In this document: piece by piece, positions 40,198-53,976 of the stretch | How the letters are laid out: each line of letters begins with the position of its first letter | How positions within the stretch are numbered: position 1 is the first letter of the stretch | NCBI GenBank assembly: GCA_964016885.1 | Contig: OZ024741.1 | Location: 382,354,001-382,418,000, forward strand | Direction of reading: 5' to 3' | Length of the DNA stretch: 64,000 nucleotides | From: Eledone cirrhosa | Taxonomy: Eukaryota | Position numbers and translations under genes: made by a program | The notes under the pieces: generated by a model | Told to the model about the DNA's origin: nothing | The model's database searches: none | The model's input: only the letters and a program-made list of their open reading frames with translations

Positions 40198-42577
40198 ATG
40201 GATTATTACAACATAACCAATCCAACTAAAGACATTCCTATACCTGGTAAATCTGAATTCACCAAACTTGTAATTGAAAAAACTGACTCCTTCGTAAGAA
40301 GACTTAGATGGACAGCCTATTTCTATGACCAGCGCCTAAAAGGGAACTTCTATACCAAAGAACATATCTTCCTCGATCATCTATTTAATTCTAGAAGAAA
40401 TCCTCCTTCCAACAAAAATCTAGTGCAATTCGAGGAAGAGTTAACTAAAATTATAAAAAATCTTAAATTCAAGAGATACCCTTACAAAGGACAAGAGTAC
40501 CTTATAAATCTTAAGAACACAATTTCTAACCTAAATTCCTCAAAAGATCTGTTAGTCCACTCTGACAAAACCAATAACTTATATGGTATTTCCAAGGATA
40601 ATTATAACAACCTTATCCTAAAGGAACTTAAGAAAAAATATCGTAAAACCAACCATGAAAATTTAGAATACATAAACTTTGAAGCCTCTGAGATTATGTC
40701 AAAACTTGGCATTGAAAAAAAGACAGAACCATTCCTCCCAAGAACTCCGAGGATAAATCTCAAGGATCACAAAAACAATTTTCGCAACTGTTAGATTAAT
40801 CGCCCCCTCTAAATCAGATCTGAGGGTTGTTAGTAAAGCCATCTTGGATAGAATTATCCCACAGGTTCGTTCTAATTGCTCTTCTTTGAACCTAAATTTA
40901 TGGTTTGGTACTTCTGAAGTGATTAGCTGGTTCAACAAATTGAATAATAAAAACAAACTAAAATTTGTTCAATTTGATATTGCCAGCTACTATTCCTCCA
41001 TTTCGCCTTCACTTCTCAATAATGCTCTATCTTTCGCACTTAAATATTCTGACATCACCACAGATGAACTTCACATCATTCTCACCGCACGTAAAACCAT
41101 CCTAGAGTTCAACAACGAATATTGGACCAGAGCCGATACCTCTAACAACTTCGACATCACAATGGGAGCATCCGATTCATCCCAATTGACTGATTTAATT
41201 GGTATCTTTATTTTGAACTCTTTGAGTCGGAAAACTCCTCAACTTCGCTGTGGAATTTATCGTGACGATGGACTCTTTACTATCTTAAATTGCAACATAG
41301 TTAACCTTAATATTATTAAGAACAATATACGTAATCTCTTTAACCAACATAACCTAAAATTTGAATTTGATAACAATATCAAACTAGCTAATTTCTTGGA
41401 TGTATCTCTTAATCTTGACACTGGCCTATATTACCCTTACCATAAAAACAATGAGAACCTAAATTATGTTAACTTTAAATCTAACCATCCTACTAATATC
41501 AAGAATGCTATAGTTAGTAATATTGGAAAAAGAATATCTAACCTATCTTCTAATAAAAACATCTTTGATGCTAACGCCAATTACTATAATAACGCGCTTT
41601 CTAAAGCCGGCTATCCTGATAAAATCAAATATAGTAAAGAAACAAATTCTAGAAGAAATTACAGTAGAATCATGATCATTCCAATAACTTTAATAAAAGA
41701 CCTAGATACAAAAACATAATCTAGTATAATGCTCCTTTCTCCATCTCTATTAATAAAAATATTCCTAAATTATTCTTTAGTGCCTTAAATAAATGCTTCC
41801 CTCCCTCATATATCTATAGTAAAATATTTAACAAACACACTATAACATTTTCTTATTCTACATCCTCCAACATTTCCAACATTATCTCTAAACACAACAA
41901 TAAAATACTAAATACTAAATCTCTTCCTTCCAACACTGAATTTCATAATAATAGTACTCCCGACGTCATTGTAAACCCTAGGCTAATTTCTACAAACCCA
42001 AATACATCGTCAAACACAACTTCGCTAAATGTTCATAATCCCATTCTAAATCAAGAAACTATTATTCCTATCGCAAACAACTTCTCCAATCCAATTCCTT
42101 CTATAGATAACACTAGGTCACTCATTAATAATCTCTCTAATTGCAATTGCAATTGCCCTATTAAAAATAAATGTCCTCTCAACAACCATTGTCTTGATAA
42201 AAACTTAATTTACGAATGTAAAGTTATAACTGACACCAATTCCTTCACCTATTTTGGCTCCACTTCCACCTCTTTTAAAGCTCGTCTTTATAACCATCAT
42301 TCGTCTTTTAAATACAAACTTAAAAGAACCAACACGGCGCTCTTAGAACTCATATGGTCCTTGAAAGACAAAAATATTAAATATAGCATCTTTTTGAAGA
42401 AGGTTTCTTCTGCGTCTCTATACTTGAACAGTTTTCTATCCAAAATCTGCAATCTCTGTCTAAATGAAAAAAATTACCATTATCTCTAATCTAGATTCTA
42501 TAACAAATAGACGCACTGACTTGTTTTCTATCTGCTTGCATAAATTCCATAAAACATTTCACAAAGTATACAGCTAA
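40198..42577 (+). pseudogene. Penelope-like reverse transcriptase plus C-terminal GIY-YIG endonuclease, frameshifted
   Basis: TKDIPIP, RRLRW, SDKTNNLY, FDIASYYSSI, ITMGASDS, YRDDG, FLDV, then CNC..CPL..CLDKNLIYECKV...TYFGST...FKARLYNH...CNLCLNEK...CLH. Frameshifts near 40790, 41680-41720 and 42475. Confidence 0.9.
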
Positions 42578-42688
42578 TATTCCATTTTTTTATCAATTTA
42601 GAATCTTTTTCTCACAGGCACATATATATATATACACTTCTTTTAAAAATATACCCATCTTTCTACCTTATTTCAAAGGTTATTATAC

Positions 42689-43409
42689 ATTCTATAATAC
42701 TTGTCTACTCTTTCTACATCACCTCTATTTATCACTTCCCTTCTCTTCTTCTCCTAATGTCTAACCCCTAATCTGTACCTTTTCTCACTCCTGCCTAACA
42801 TAGAATCAATTATTACATAATACAACACATTCTTACTCTATATCACCTTGTAAAAATCCTTCGTAAACATATCCCTTTTTTTTTACGTTAGATTATTCAT
42901 CCTCAATTCATTATCTTTTCTCCCTTTCATCTAACTCATTATTCTCAATACATATTAACTCTTTCTTTTTCTTCGCACATATTATCAAACCCCTCAATAT
43001 ACAAACCTTAACTTTACATTATTTTTCTCTTCGTTAATTTTCAAATTCTATAATACTTGTCTACTCTTTCTACATCACCCCTATTTATCACTTCCCTTTC
43101 TTCTTTTCTTCTTCTAATATCTAACCCCTAATCTGTACCTGTTCTCACTCTTGCCTAACATAGAATCAATTATTACATAATACAACACATTATTACTCTA
43201 TATCACCTTGTAAAAATCCTTCGTAAACATATACATTTTTTTTGACGTTAGATTATTCATCCTCAATTCATTATCTTTGCTCCCTTTCATCTAACTCATT
43301 ATTCTCAATATATATTAACTCTTTCTTTTTCTTCGCACATATTATCAAACCCCTCAATATACTAACCTTAACTTTACATTATTTTTCTCTTCGTTAATTT
43401 TCAAATTCT
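42689..43409 (+). repeat. Tandem duplication of about 357 bp in the PLE 3' UTR
   Basis: attctataatacttgtctactc starts at 42689 and again at 43045; the units are near-identical. Confidence 0.9.
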
Positions 43410-43701
43410 TTTAATTTATACATTATCTTCCAACGGTTTTCAACCTCTCTATGTAAAACAATATATCTTTCTCAGTTATACAAGCTATCTCTCTCTCTCT
43501 ATCACCCATCTCTCCTCCTATCTCATCCTTCCTCATTATACTCCTCCCTCTCCACCTTCACTCTCATCTGCTTCTTTTTTTCATCCTTTCCAACCCCCCC
43601 CCTCTAAATAAAATATTTTTTCATCAATCTAAAACTACTTCTCATATGTTGATTTAAAACTGAACTATCCGCAAGTGTTTTTTAACCTTCATATCATGTC
43701 C

Positions 43702-43774
43702 TGTTTTATCTGATGAAAACACAAATATTATTGCATGATGATGTTTTTTTTTGAAATGCGCATAATAAAATACA
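43702..43774 (+). ncRNA. Minimal type I hammerhead ribozyme, 3' pLTR
   Basis: CTGATGA 43710-43716, GAAA 43753-43756, tgcgca, TA, ataaaa; predicted cleavage after 43764. Confidence 0.8.
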
Positions 43775-43895
43775 TGGAACTCTTTTAAACATCTTTTGTT
43801 CTTATATATTATGTATACTCCAGTCCTACAAAATGTAGAGTGCTTCTTATCCGATATCTGCATTGCTTTATTGTACTACAATAAAACTCACCTCC

Positions 43896-44160
<265 letters not shown>

Positions 44161-44162
<2 letters not shown>

Positions 44163-45140
44163 GAAAAGAGGTAGAAAAAGACGATTATTAGGAAGAAACA
44201 TTTTTTTTCATTTTTTATTTTTTCTCTCTTTTTTCTGGGTTAGAAAATGATGAAAACGAAATATGTTGCTTTGTGTGAATTGTTAAGTTATTAGTTGATT
44301 TATTTATTAATTATCAATGGCATTTATTTATTTATATATTTCATAATTGTCTATTCCCGGTTTCAGCATGTTTATGCATTATCAAATGATAATAATATGT
44401 ATTTGTGTAAAATGGTGGTGTTGTACATGTTAAGAAAATGGTGCAGAAAGAATAATGTTATTTATAAATAAGGTTTATTTTATGAAGTGAAAAGAAAAAA
44501 GAAAGAAAGTAATGTGGAATATATTAAGGCAATGTGAAAGAAAAAAATTTTATTTACAGGCATAGTTCTTGAAGATAAGCAGATCAAAATGTGTTAATAT
44601 AGCAAGAGTGCTTAGTTGATGCATGATGGAGGTAAATGGTAGTCTGGGTGTTGATATGATTTCCCTTTTTAGAGGTAATTCAGTGTGGGAGAAAAATGAT
44701 GGATGGTATTTAATTTATTTAAGAAAAAGGATTAGGTAGCGTGTGAGGGAGGTAATTCTTTAGCGAGACATAGGTAATTGTATTTTGTTCATTGTTCGTT
44801 ACAGTTTTAGTATAGTCCGAAGTTTAGTGCATTTAGTAGAGGTTGGAATTTGTTAATGAAATACGTTTCCTTATTGGTACGATGGATGAAAGTAGCGTTG
44901 TCTATGAATTTGTAAATGAGGAAAATTTTCAAGTTTGGATGCTGGTTGGGTGCACAAGTGTCGATATGTTCACTAAACGCAATCTTTCTGTATTCCTGTA
45001 TTTTGATTTGTGATTTATGGACGGTCATACGTTGTCGGAGGCTGTTTTTTGTATGTCCTATGTAGTGCTCTTGACAACCTGAGTAGGTCAAAACATAGAT
45101 TAGGTTTTCAGATACACATGTAAATTGTGTTTAGCTGTGA
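44161..45140 (-). mobile_element. Penelope-like 3' remnant (Neptune-type GIY-YIG plus 3' UTR)
   Basis: FTCVSENLIYVLTYSGCQEHYIGHTKNSLRQRMTVH...ETYFINKFQPLLN (about 44807-45125, minus strand). Confidence 0.8.
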
Positions 45141-45254
45141 AATGTATATATATATATTTTTACTCTTATACATTTATATAATATAATTGTACATATATCT
45201 ATATTTCTATATATCTATGTTTGTACACACATATATACATGCACACATACACAC

Positions 45255-45396
<142 letters not shown>

Positions 45397-46580
45397 GTGA
45401 AGGAGAACGAGGGAGAGAGAGAAAGAGAGAGTGATAACGTTTATGTGTCTATATGTATGTTTACTTCTGTGTTCTTAATGTTACCTTTGTCTCACAACAA
45501 CCCCCGTTCCATTAAAAAGAGGTCCATCAAACAAGTACCAGTAAAAGAAAAAGATATCGGAAACAAATCTTTAAAATATTGTTAGGATACACCAATAGTT
45601 TGTGTATGCTGTTCATTCCCAATTATATATTTATTTTGACTCCAGTAACTCAGTGCATTTTAACTTCAGAACATTCTTATCGAGGATGTGAACAATCTGG
45701 TGTATTTCAATTAATAATATATTACTGCAATAATTGCTCAAATTCCATTAAGTGTGTGGAAATTAAGGTAAACATACTTGTGGTAATATTAGTTTCATTG
45801 TCTGTAGTTTCACCTGATCAATTATTATCCATTGAAATCGCATGCTATTGACTAGTTATCTAATTCAATAGAGGATGAGGAACAATTGTCCAAAGAGATG
45901 GCCAATGAAACATAATCTACCACAACTGCTCCTAGATGTTTATTATATTCATTATTCATAATTCTTTCTGTATCTGTTCAGGAAATATTGTCTAACGTTA
46001 TAATACAGTTTATCCCGCTGACTTAAACGAGCGTTACAAATGCCGGGCTTAAATAATTCCGTAATTGTGTAATGTGGTATAGTTGCTTACATTCAAGTTA
46101 TGTTCAAATTATGTAACTTCGATAGACAAGTGAACTTGATGATAATAGATTTTTGAAAAGTGATACGTTGTTTTACTGATAAATTTTGTCATTCATATAG
46201 AATGGCATTAATTAACATGAAATTGATATAGCAATTACGTTTTAATATTGTTTGCATTTAATTAAATTCTGAATAACGCAACATATTGAACTCAGTTAAA
46301 TACCGATCATGAGAAAGTTTTGTAAGATCAGAAGAATAACCATTCATGATTTATTATTTGTTAATGTTTATTACGATGATACCTCCACCTGCAGTGACGA
46401 TAATAATGATATGTGTAAAATTCAGAAACAATATTTCTACATAGAAAAATAGAAAATCAGGAGAGTTTTATATCACCGTTAAAAATAATTACTTATATCG
46501 AATGACTTAATACCTGTAGTATGATGTATGTTTACTGGATAGTTTCAGACAAAACCGAGAATTGTAATAGAGTTTATCTA

Positions 46581-46902
46581 TCTATATAATACTAAAAGTC
46601 TGCGATTGCTTGCTTGTCTGTAATATAATACAGCCAAAAGGGCGCATAATGGAAAATACGTTGATAGGAATTTTTCTCTGAAATGCGAATTCGAATGGAA
46701 TAAAACAAATTTCGCGTAAATCGAAGGGCGTGTTCCCGAGATACTGGGTACCTTCATAAACAGAGAGAGAGATGGATAGAGAAAATCATATAGTGCTTGT
46801 GAGAGAGTGAGTTGAGACAGAGAATGAGAATGGAAAAGAGAGAGAGAGAGAGAGAGAGAGAGCTGGTGGTGCTGTTGTGTATATATATATATATATATGT
46901 GA

Positions 46903-46982
<80 letters not shown>

Positions 46983-47262
46983 GTGTTTGTGCGTTTATAC
47001 GTGTGTGTGTCCATGGCTAGTGTATATAGAGCACAGATACCCCCACACACATATATACACACACACATATATATATATATGTATACACACACACATTTAT
47101 ATATGTATACAAACGCACAAATATATATGGGTCTTCCAGTTTTATTTCACATTATACACGTCTGTGAATATTTTAATTATTTAAAATTTATTTTTAAGTG
47201 AACATGATTTTTAAAAACACATTTTAAAGTGAACGTGACCCAACGGGTCACAGGTGGTCTAG
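46581..47262 (+). mobile_element. Non-autonomous Helitron
   Basis: 5' A|TCtatataatactaaaag; 3' GC-rich hairpin gtgaccc-aac-gggtcac (47235-47251) followed 7 nt later by CTAG|T; no TSD; internal microsatellites. Confidence 0.75.
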
Positions 47263-47319
47263 TACTCTATATAGATGACTGATCAATAGATTGGGAGATA
47301 TTACAACAAGAGAACATTA

Positions 47320-47438
47320 TGTCTGAGTTCAAATCCCGCCGAGGTTAACTTTGCCTTTCATCCTTACGGGGTCATTAAATAAAGTACCAGTAATTCATTG
47401 AGTAATGCCTGGCCTTGTGCCAAATGTAGAAACAATTA
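47320..47438 (+). mobile_element. 5'-truncated SINE
   Basis: ctgagttcaaatcccgccgaggttaactttgcctttcatccttacggggtc. Confidence 0.85.
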
Positions 47439-47899
47439 TGTCTGAGATGTTGTGAAATAAATTAACCATGAGCAAAATATGTTTAATATTGTTAGGCGTT
47501 GCCTTATGTAGTCTGAATGATGCAATAATTAATAGAGTATCGTCCAGGATAGAGTAAATAATAGAATGGATTTCTGTCAAAAGATTAACAGTTAAAAAAA
47601 TTGCATGAGATACTGTCGGTCGATCATGGTGTTTGATGATGGATCAGAACCTGCAATGTAAAAAAGCAAGTAGAACCTTATGTTGGGTGAATATTTGGAT
47701 AGTGAACAATATATGTCTGAAAAGAGTTATGCGCAAGCCTGAAAACATGCAGAGACATTTTTTTAGGCGGTGTGATTATTTTTGTAGAGGAAATGCGGAT
47801 GTAAACATGCAATTGTAGGACTTATCTTACTTAATATTGGGTTCATTCCTTGGGGAATCAGAGTAATGCCATATGCATACACAGACAGACAGACAGACA

Positions 47900-47940
<41 letters not shown>

Positions 47941-47998
47941 ACACACACACACACACAGAGAGAAACACACACATACACACATATATATATATATATAC

Positions 47999-48728
47999 CA
48001 ACTAGAAATTGATTGACATATATAGCTATGTGTGCTTACACACTTTTACAAATTATTCCCTGTGATTGTTTCATATGTTTATTTTAGATATATATATATG
48101 TCAATCAATTTCTAGTTGATATAAAATGCTCTGATCTATTCATTGGAATCTTGGAGCATATTCTGCAGTGGATATAGTGAATGTCTCTCTGACATGACAC
48201 CCTTAATTTAATTTTGGATATATATACGGCCCATTAATTGTAGAGCTAACTCAGTTGAATGGGACTCGGCTGCTATTTCTTGTTGTCGATAACCCTATTC
48301 ACGCCCCTGGGATGAAGCTAGTACAATGTGTGTATTTAAAAAAAATGCAGATTTGAATTTGCTGTGTAAACACAGATAGTTAAATCTTCTCCATTGTTGA
48401 AAATGCGATTTTTGGCCACTGTGGTTTACCGATCGATTGATGGTGAAATATATTTCTTTAATGAAATATATACAAGGAAGTTTAATCAATTTATAAGGTA
48501 TCTATATTTAAAGTTATAGTTAAATTTTAATTAGTTACCTACCTAGATATGTGTGCCTACATACTTTTAAAAATTATTCTCTGTGATTATTACATATGTT
48601 TTATATATATATATATATATCAATTTCTAGTTGATATAAAATGGTCGGATCTATTCATTGGAATCTTGGAGCATATTCCACAGTGGATATGGCCTATCTC
48701 TCTGACATGACACACTTAATTTAATGTT

Positions 48729-48730
<2 letters not shown>
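47999..48730. repeat. Two direct copies of an approximately 200-bp unit (about 48025-48225 and 48545-48730); the first has a short inverted terminal piece
   Basis: atcaatttctagttgatataaaatg...attcattggaatcttggagcatattc is repeated; caactagaaattgattgacatata (from 47999) is inverted to about 48096-48118. Confidence 0.7.
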
Positions 48731-48818
<88 letters not shown>

Positions 48819-49235
48819 TATCTTTGGCTGTCACTTTAGCCGTAGAAATATCACAACTTGAATAAATTAATTTAGTTTAGTTTCGGCATAAGAAGCAGAG
48901 ATAACTAAAACTTATCTGTGTCCATCTTAAACGTTTTCTCTTTCGATATTTTAATACCTTTTCAATTCCAGTATTTTAGCTCACGCTGTTCAATCCCACT
49001 AATTATATATGGGGTGCTTTCCTTCACTGCATTACATTTAATCTTTTATCAAATTGGATAACGAAGCAAATGATATCATTCTTAATAGATTGCTAGTGTT
49101 CAGTTTTTACTCATTTTAGCAACAGCTTAATATATTTCCTGTCGAATGTTCCATGTTAGAATGAACCAGCCCTTAAACTATATATTACAGTTAACATTAG
49201 ACTATGATAAGCTGGTGATCAGACAGAGATTTAGG

Positions 49236-50411
49236 ACTAGACCTGAAAATGCGCAAGCTCAAAAGAGCCACAGAATTGTATAATAAACCTTCAAAGGTGT
49301 GGGACTATAGTTGTTGCTCAAAGATATAGTAATCATTATCTATCGTACACACTGTGGCATCCTTTTATAAAAAAGTGACTCTTAACGAACTCAAGACGTC
49401 ACGATAATTATTTAAGCTAATGTTCAATATCTCATATTAAATGTTTAGTAATGATTAATACGAAATGCACTTAAACCGAATTCTATATTATAAATTCACT
49501 TAAATAATTATCGTGTCGTCTTGAGTTGGTTATGAGTCTCTTTTTTATAAAAGGATGCCACAGACTGTACGATAGATAATGATTACAATATTTGTGAGCA
49601 ACAACTCTAGTCCCACACTTTTGAAGGTTTATTATAACATTCTGTGGCTCTTTTGAGCTTGTGCATTTTTCAGGCCTAGTTTAATATTTTTTTAAGGCAA
49701 CGCTTGTAATAACTCTAGTTAAACATGATATATATTAATAATAAATTATCGTTGCAATGTAATTAGATTATATAATTGTTATTTTATAAATGATCTTATA
49801 AATATTATTGTAAGATGTATAAAAATATTTTCAGACTTTTAATATAAACAACTACAAAAAACATTCAATATTAAATAAATATATTTTACATAATAATTGT
49901 TAGATTTGAATTAATAAAAATTAAATATTACATACAAATAGTCTAACATAATAGTAATAAAATATTCTAACATGAAACGAACAATAATATGGACAAATAT
50001 ACAAGTAAATATGATACAACCAATATTATAAGCATGTTATAACGAACTGAAAAGAAATAGTTAATATAAATTAAAAAAATCATATACACATTAACAATAT
50101 AACTTACCAAACCGAGAAAAATATTTTGATGATAAGGCGACGAAATACAGGAGGAAAATTCGAATGCGAAACGATAAATGAACGTGCAAACAAAGTGGCG
50201 GATGCTTTTGAGCAACACTTACTCTCATTGGTTGATTAACCAATAAGACGATGAAATTAGCCAATAAGACGATACATTACAAAAGATGTTTGGCAGGGAT
50301 CACCACGGCCAGTGAAACCACTTGAATTGTTTATTCCCAAGCTACTTATATATGTCAGACATGCAGACTTAAAACATTCTGTTGTTAGTCACTGCGTGTC
50401 TAACAGATAGT
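49236..50411. mobile_element. Unclassified palindrome-plus-tail element, copy 2
   Basis: actagacctg...caggcctagt foldback 49236-49680 (arms about 180 bp, spacer about 80 bp) plus a tail colinear with 7180-7948. Confidence 0.8.
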
Positions 50412-50811
50412 TGCCAACGTACAGCTGAGGTTAAACTAATTCCCAAATGAACTCCATATTTAATTTCTCTGAATTAACATAACGAGTTGTCTGCTTTATC
50501 ATTTTGTAGCAGAATTAGTAATTCGGCTAATGACTGTCCGCATCATTAGCGTTGTAAACATAATCATATGGATTTTTTATAACTCAAACAAGTTTGTTAA
50601 CACGCAATTTACTATTATGATTATATGCATCATATATTCCTCGGGGATATTCTCGGTCAAACTTTAAAATATGTTTATGGATTTCTATTTCAGCAGAATA
50701 TAGAGTGATGTAATGACTCACTGTGAAATAATCTTTAGTCTACAAAATATTTACAATTAACGCACCAGGGAAATGTGCAGGAAACATCATATATTTTATA
50801 TCGAAGATCTA

Positions 50812-51003
50812 ATAGTTGTTCCTATTTTCGGCACAAGTCCAGCAATCATCCGAATACATTACTATTGCTTCATTGTATCGACCACTAGGGTGAAAGCAAA
50901 GCTAATCTCAGTGGAATTTTAACTTAGAACGTAAAGGGCCATATCTCTATCCTGCAAATATCTCTATCCTGACGCTCTACCGATACAGCTAATCAATCGC
51001 CCT
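50812..51003 (-). mobile_element. Decayed SINE
   Basis: Colinear with 39135-39323. Confidence 0.65.
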
Positions 51004-51071
51004 CCATCGAATATCTAATAATGGGTGCGTGTTTTAGAAAGTTTTTATTTTTGAAAAATATGGATGAATGT

Positions 51072-51225
51072 GCTGTGAATTGGCATAGCTGTAAGTATGT
51101 ATGACAAAATGTCTTCTGTAATTTGTTCAATATATCGTCACTCTGATTTCAAACCCCACTGTCTGTGCTCAAATTTCCCTTGCATCGGTTAGAGATCAAT
51201 ACAATAAATAACCGATTAATTTTGG
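51072..51225 (+). mobile_element. Highly decayed SINE
   Basis: gctgtgaattggca head, tctgatttcaaacccca B-box-like motif, decayed core. Confidence 0.4.
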
Positions 51226-52328
51226 TGGATTGGCAGAATTGTGAGAGAAGTGGGATTTGTTCCGGTTATCTGCGTTCTGAGATATTTTTGAGGAATAGAA
51301 ATAGAAACATAATCAAGTACTAGATTTAGCATTGTTTCTTGTTCCTTGGAAGCGTTTAGTAGAGTTCCTTATGTTGCAAGCATCGTAATAACATCTCCGA
51401 TGTATGTATAATGCCATCTCGGTCACCAGCCATTTGTAGAGTTTCCGGGAAAATTAAGAGTCACAGGTGTTTTTAGCACCACTTACTAAATATGAACCAC
51501 ATATAAAATAATGAAATAATGAAAGTTCAAGAAATGTTCAAAGATATCTGATATTTAGGTTGAGCTCTGAAAATATATTTTATTTAGTACATTCTATTAT
51601 TTTGTATTTCTATATCTAATATACATATTAATGTTGTCCGTTTTAAACTAACATTTGGAATCTGTTATTGAGGTTATGGCTAGGTACGACCTTCATCTTT
51701 TACCTGTTTCTTTGTTAATGATCCGGTGTTATTGTATATTCTACAAGTGCATTGCTTGAAGATATTACTGTTACAAACGTGTTAAATAAAGGGGTATTAT
51801 TCATTAAATACTACAGTATATATACCGCATAGTAAGAAGTATTTCTCTGGCACCATAACCCTTAATATATCTTCTATTTATCTGATACAAATGCTGGTCT
51901 GTTATTCATCCGACTATGCCATGAACTATCGTTTTTAACGTAACAACTAAATGGCAATTAACAAAATCAATAAGAATATTCTCTAGACACATCATATATT
52001 CCATATTATTGACATCTTTACAATGTAAGGCTTATAACTTCGTGAGGATTGTAAGTTCAATATATCAACATAACAATATATATACGTGTTATATTCGATT
52101 TGCTGACATCTGGATCAAGGCACTAGGTATATATCCCGGTTCTTGCTCTTGGGAGAATTTATATGAATTCCCTTCTGAATTAAATTAATTATCAGAGACT
52201 GGATAAAAAGTATATATTATATGGCACATTGTGACGTTTGCATTACACTAAATTGTACATTCAATCGTAAAAATGTTCCAACTTTTAATATTTGTAACAC
52301 GTTCACTTTTACTGCAAGTAACAGACAT

Positions 52329-52376
<48 letters not shown>

Positions 52377-52507
52377 TGTGAGAAAAAACACAGACCCTCC
52401 ATCTCAACTCTATTTTTGAAAATCCGAAGAACTGCGAAACCGGTAAAGGAACCAGATAAATATATATATTTTTTTAAAAATAAGACTCCAGTTGCATTTT
52501 CGATTTC

Positions 52508-52617
<110 letters not shown>

Positions 52618-52730
52618 GCATAAGCTATACGTTACCACCTTTGCATCATCTATATTTTCTCCGACTATCATATGTATGAAGTACAATATCGGTTGTCTTA
52701 TAAAAGCAGTACTTATTTTCTTAAGGACAC

Positions 52731-52965
52731 AGGTGAATATTCTTATTTCCTTTCATATGAAGATTTGAATAAAATTCTTTGTTCTATAAGTGGAGGAAAT
52801 ATGACTTCATACGACAAATATATATATCGCTCGATTACTAATTCCACATGACGGGGGTATTATGTCTATAAAACGTTCTTACTGCAGTTTTTTTTATAGA
52901 CGGGTGCTAATGCCCAAATACAAAATTTATTTTCATATGAAAGGAAACTGAGATAATGTACACCT
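52731..52965. mobile_element. Decayed MITE-like element with about 35-bp imperfect TIRs
   Basis: aggtgaatattcttatttcctttcatatgaa versus ttcatatgaaaggaaactgagataatgtacacct. Confidence 0.5.
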
Positions 52966-53847
52966 ACATAAACAAAACGATTTTCTTTTCATAAAACACA
53001 TATTACCAAAGTTCTCCTAGATGATAACAGAGTCACACAAACAAGAATCGATGTATGTAGATTAAAGAAATAACAAGGAATACAGTAAGTTCTTGAATGG
53101 TATTTACCTATCAAGTAAGAAACAATTCTCGGAACATTCAAATATATTTCAATCTAATTTGATGTATTAGAAGGCAGCACACTGTACCTGAATTTGCAAT
53201 AAATGACACGTTTAATGTGGTTATATTTTTTTTTACATAAAGTATGAACATGTCACAGCTAATGTGTCATGACACACGTCAATATTCAATAAAATATTCC
53301 GGATTAATTCCTTCATTTATAAGTTATGAATTAACACACAGCATTCACCCAAGATATGTTTGATATTTCACGCTATATTCATAAATATATTTTGACCAAA
53401 GAGTAATATTATAAATGTATGATATTAAGTATGTAAATTTCTGAGCCATAATATATTGAATGAACGGAATAATAGGTGGAGACTATATGAATGCACTCAC
53501 ATTAGAATAAGCTGACACAATTACCACCACATACACACGCTCCATAATTTATCTATTTGTATATATGATGAGCCTTCCCCCGTCGTATAGTGACGTATGA
53601 CTTTACCTAAGGTAAGTAAGTTTATTTGAGAAATTCACCGAAAAGCACTATTTGCCTCTTGTCTCGTAGCTTTGTCGCATCTCATGTGCACTGGAATGAA
53701 TCGTATCAAGTTTTATGCAATGAAAATATAGGGATTTATAGAGGTGACTGTAGAGCATGGACTGTTCCTTCTGGAGTTGTTACTTGCGGTGTCTTTCTTA
53801 TACGGATCAACATTATATGAAAACATATATATGTAAAAATACACACT

Positions 53848-53878
<31 letters not shown>

Positions 53879-53924
53879 TAGCCGTCGAAACGACTTGAGC
53901 TCAGCCGTCGGGGTCTTACTGGTT

Positions 53925-53976
<52 letters not shown>

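Noticed and set aside
42121-42577. Selenoprotein-type Naiad (UGA at conserved Cys of the GIY-YIG domain)
   Set aside because: All conserved Cys positions I translated are TGC or TGT; there is no in-frame TGA.
45530-45960. Unique-looking segment as a coding exon or pseudogene
   Set aside because: The frames I examined had stops or no recognisable motifs, and there is no good splice-site pair.
51036-51096. Possible exon encoding an EGF-like DECA..HS peptide with a GTAAGT donor
   Set aside because: Overlaps the head of a decayed SINE and has a weak acceptor.
52400-52455. GAAA-CCGG-TA hammerhead-like half motif
   Set aside because: No recognisable CTGANGA box or stems; too decayed to call.
53565-53790. 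PPSY-stop peptide, AAG|GTAAGT donor at 53612 and a nearby acceptor at 53669
   Set aside because: No coherent upstream acceptor or ORF, the implied intron is only about 58 nt, and there is no recognisable homology.
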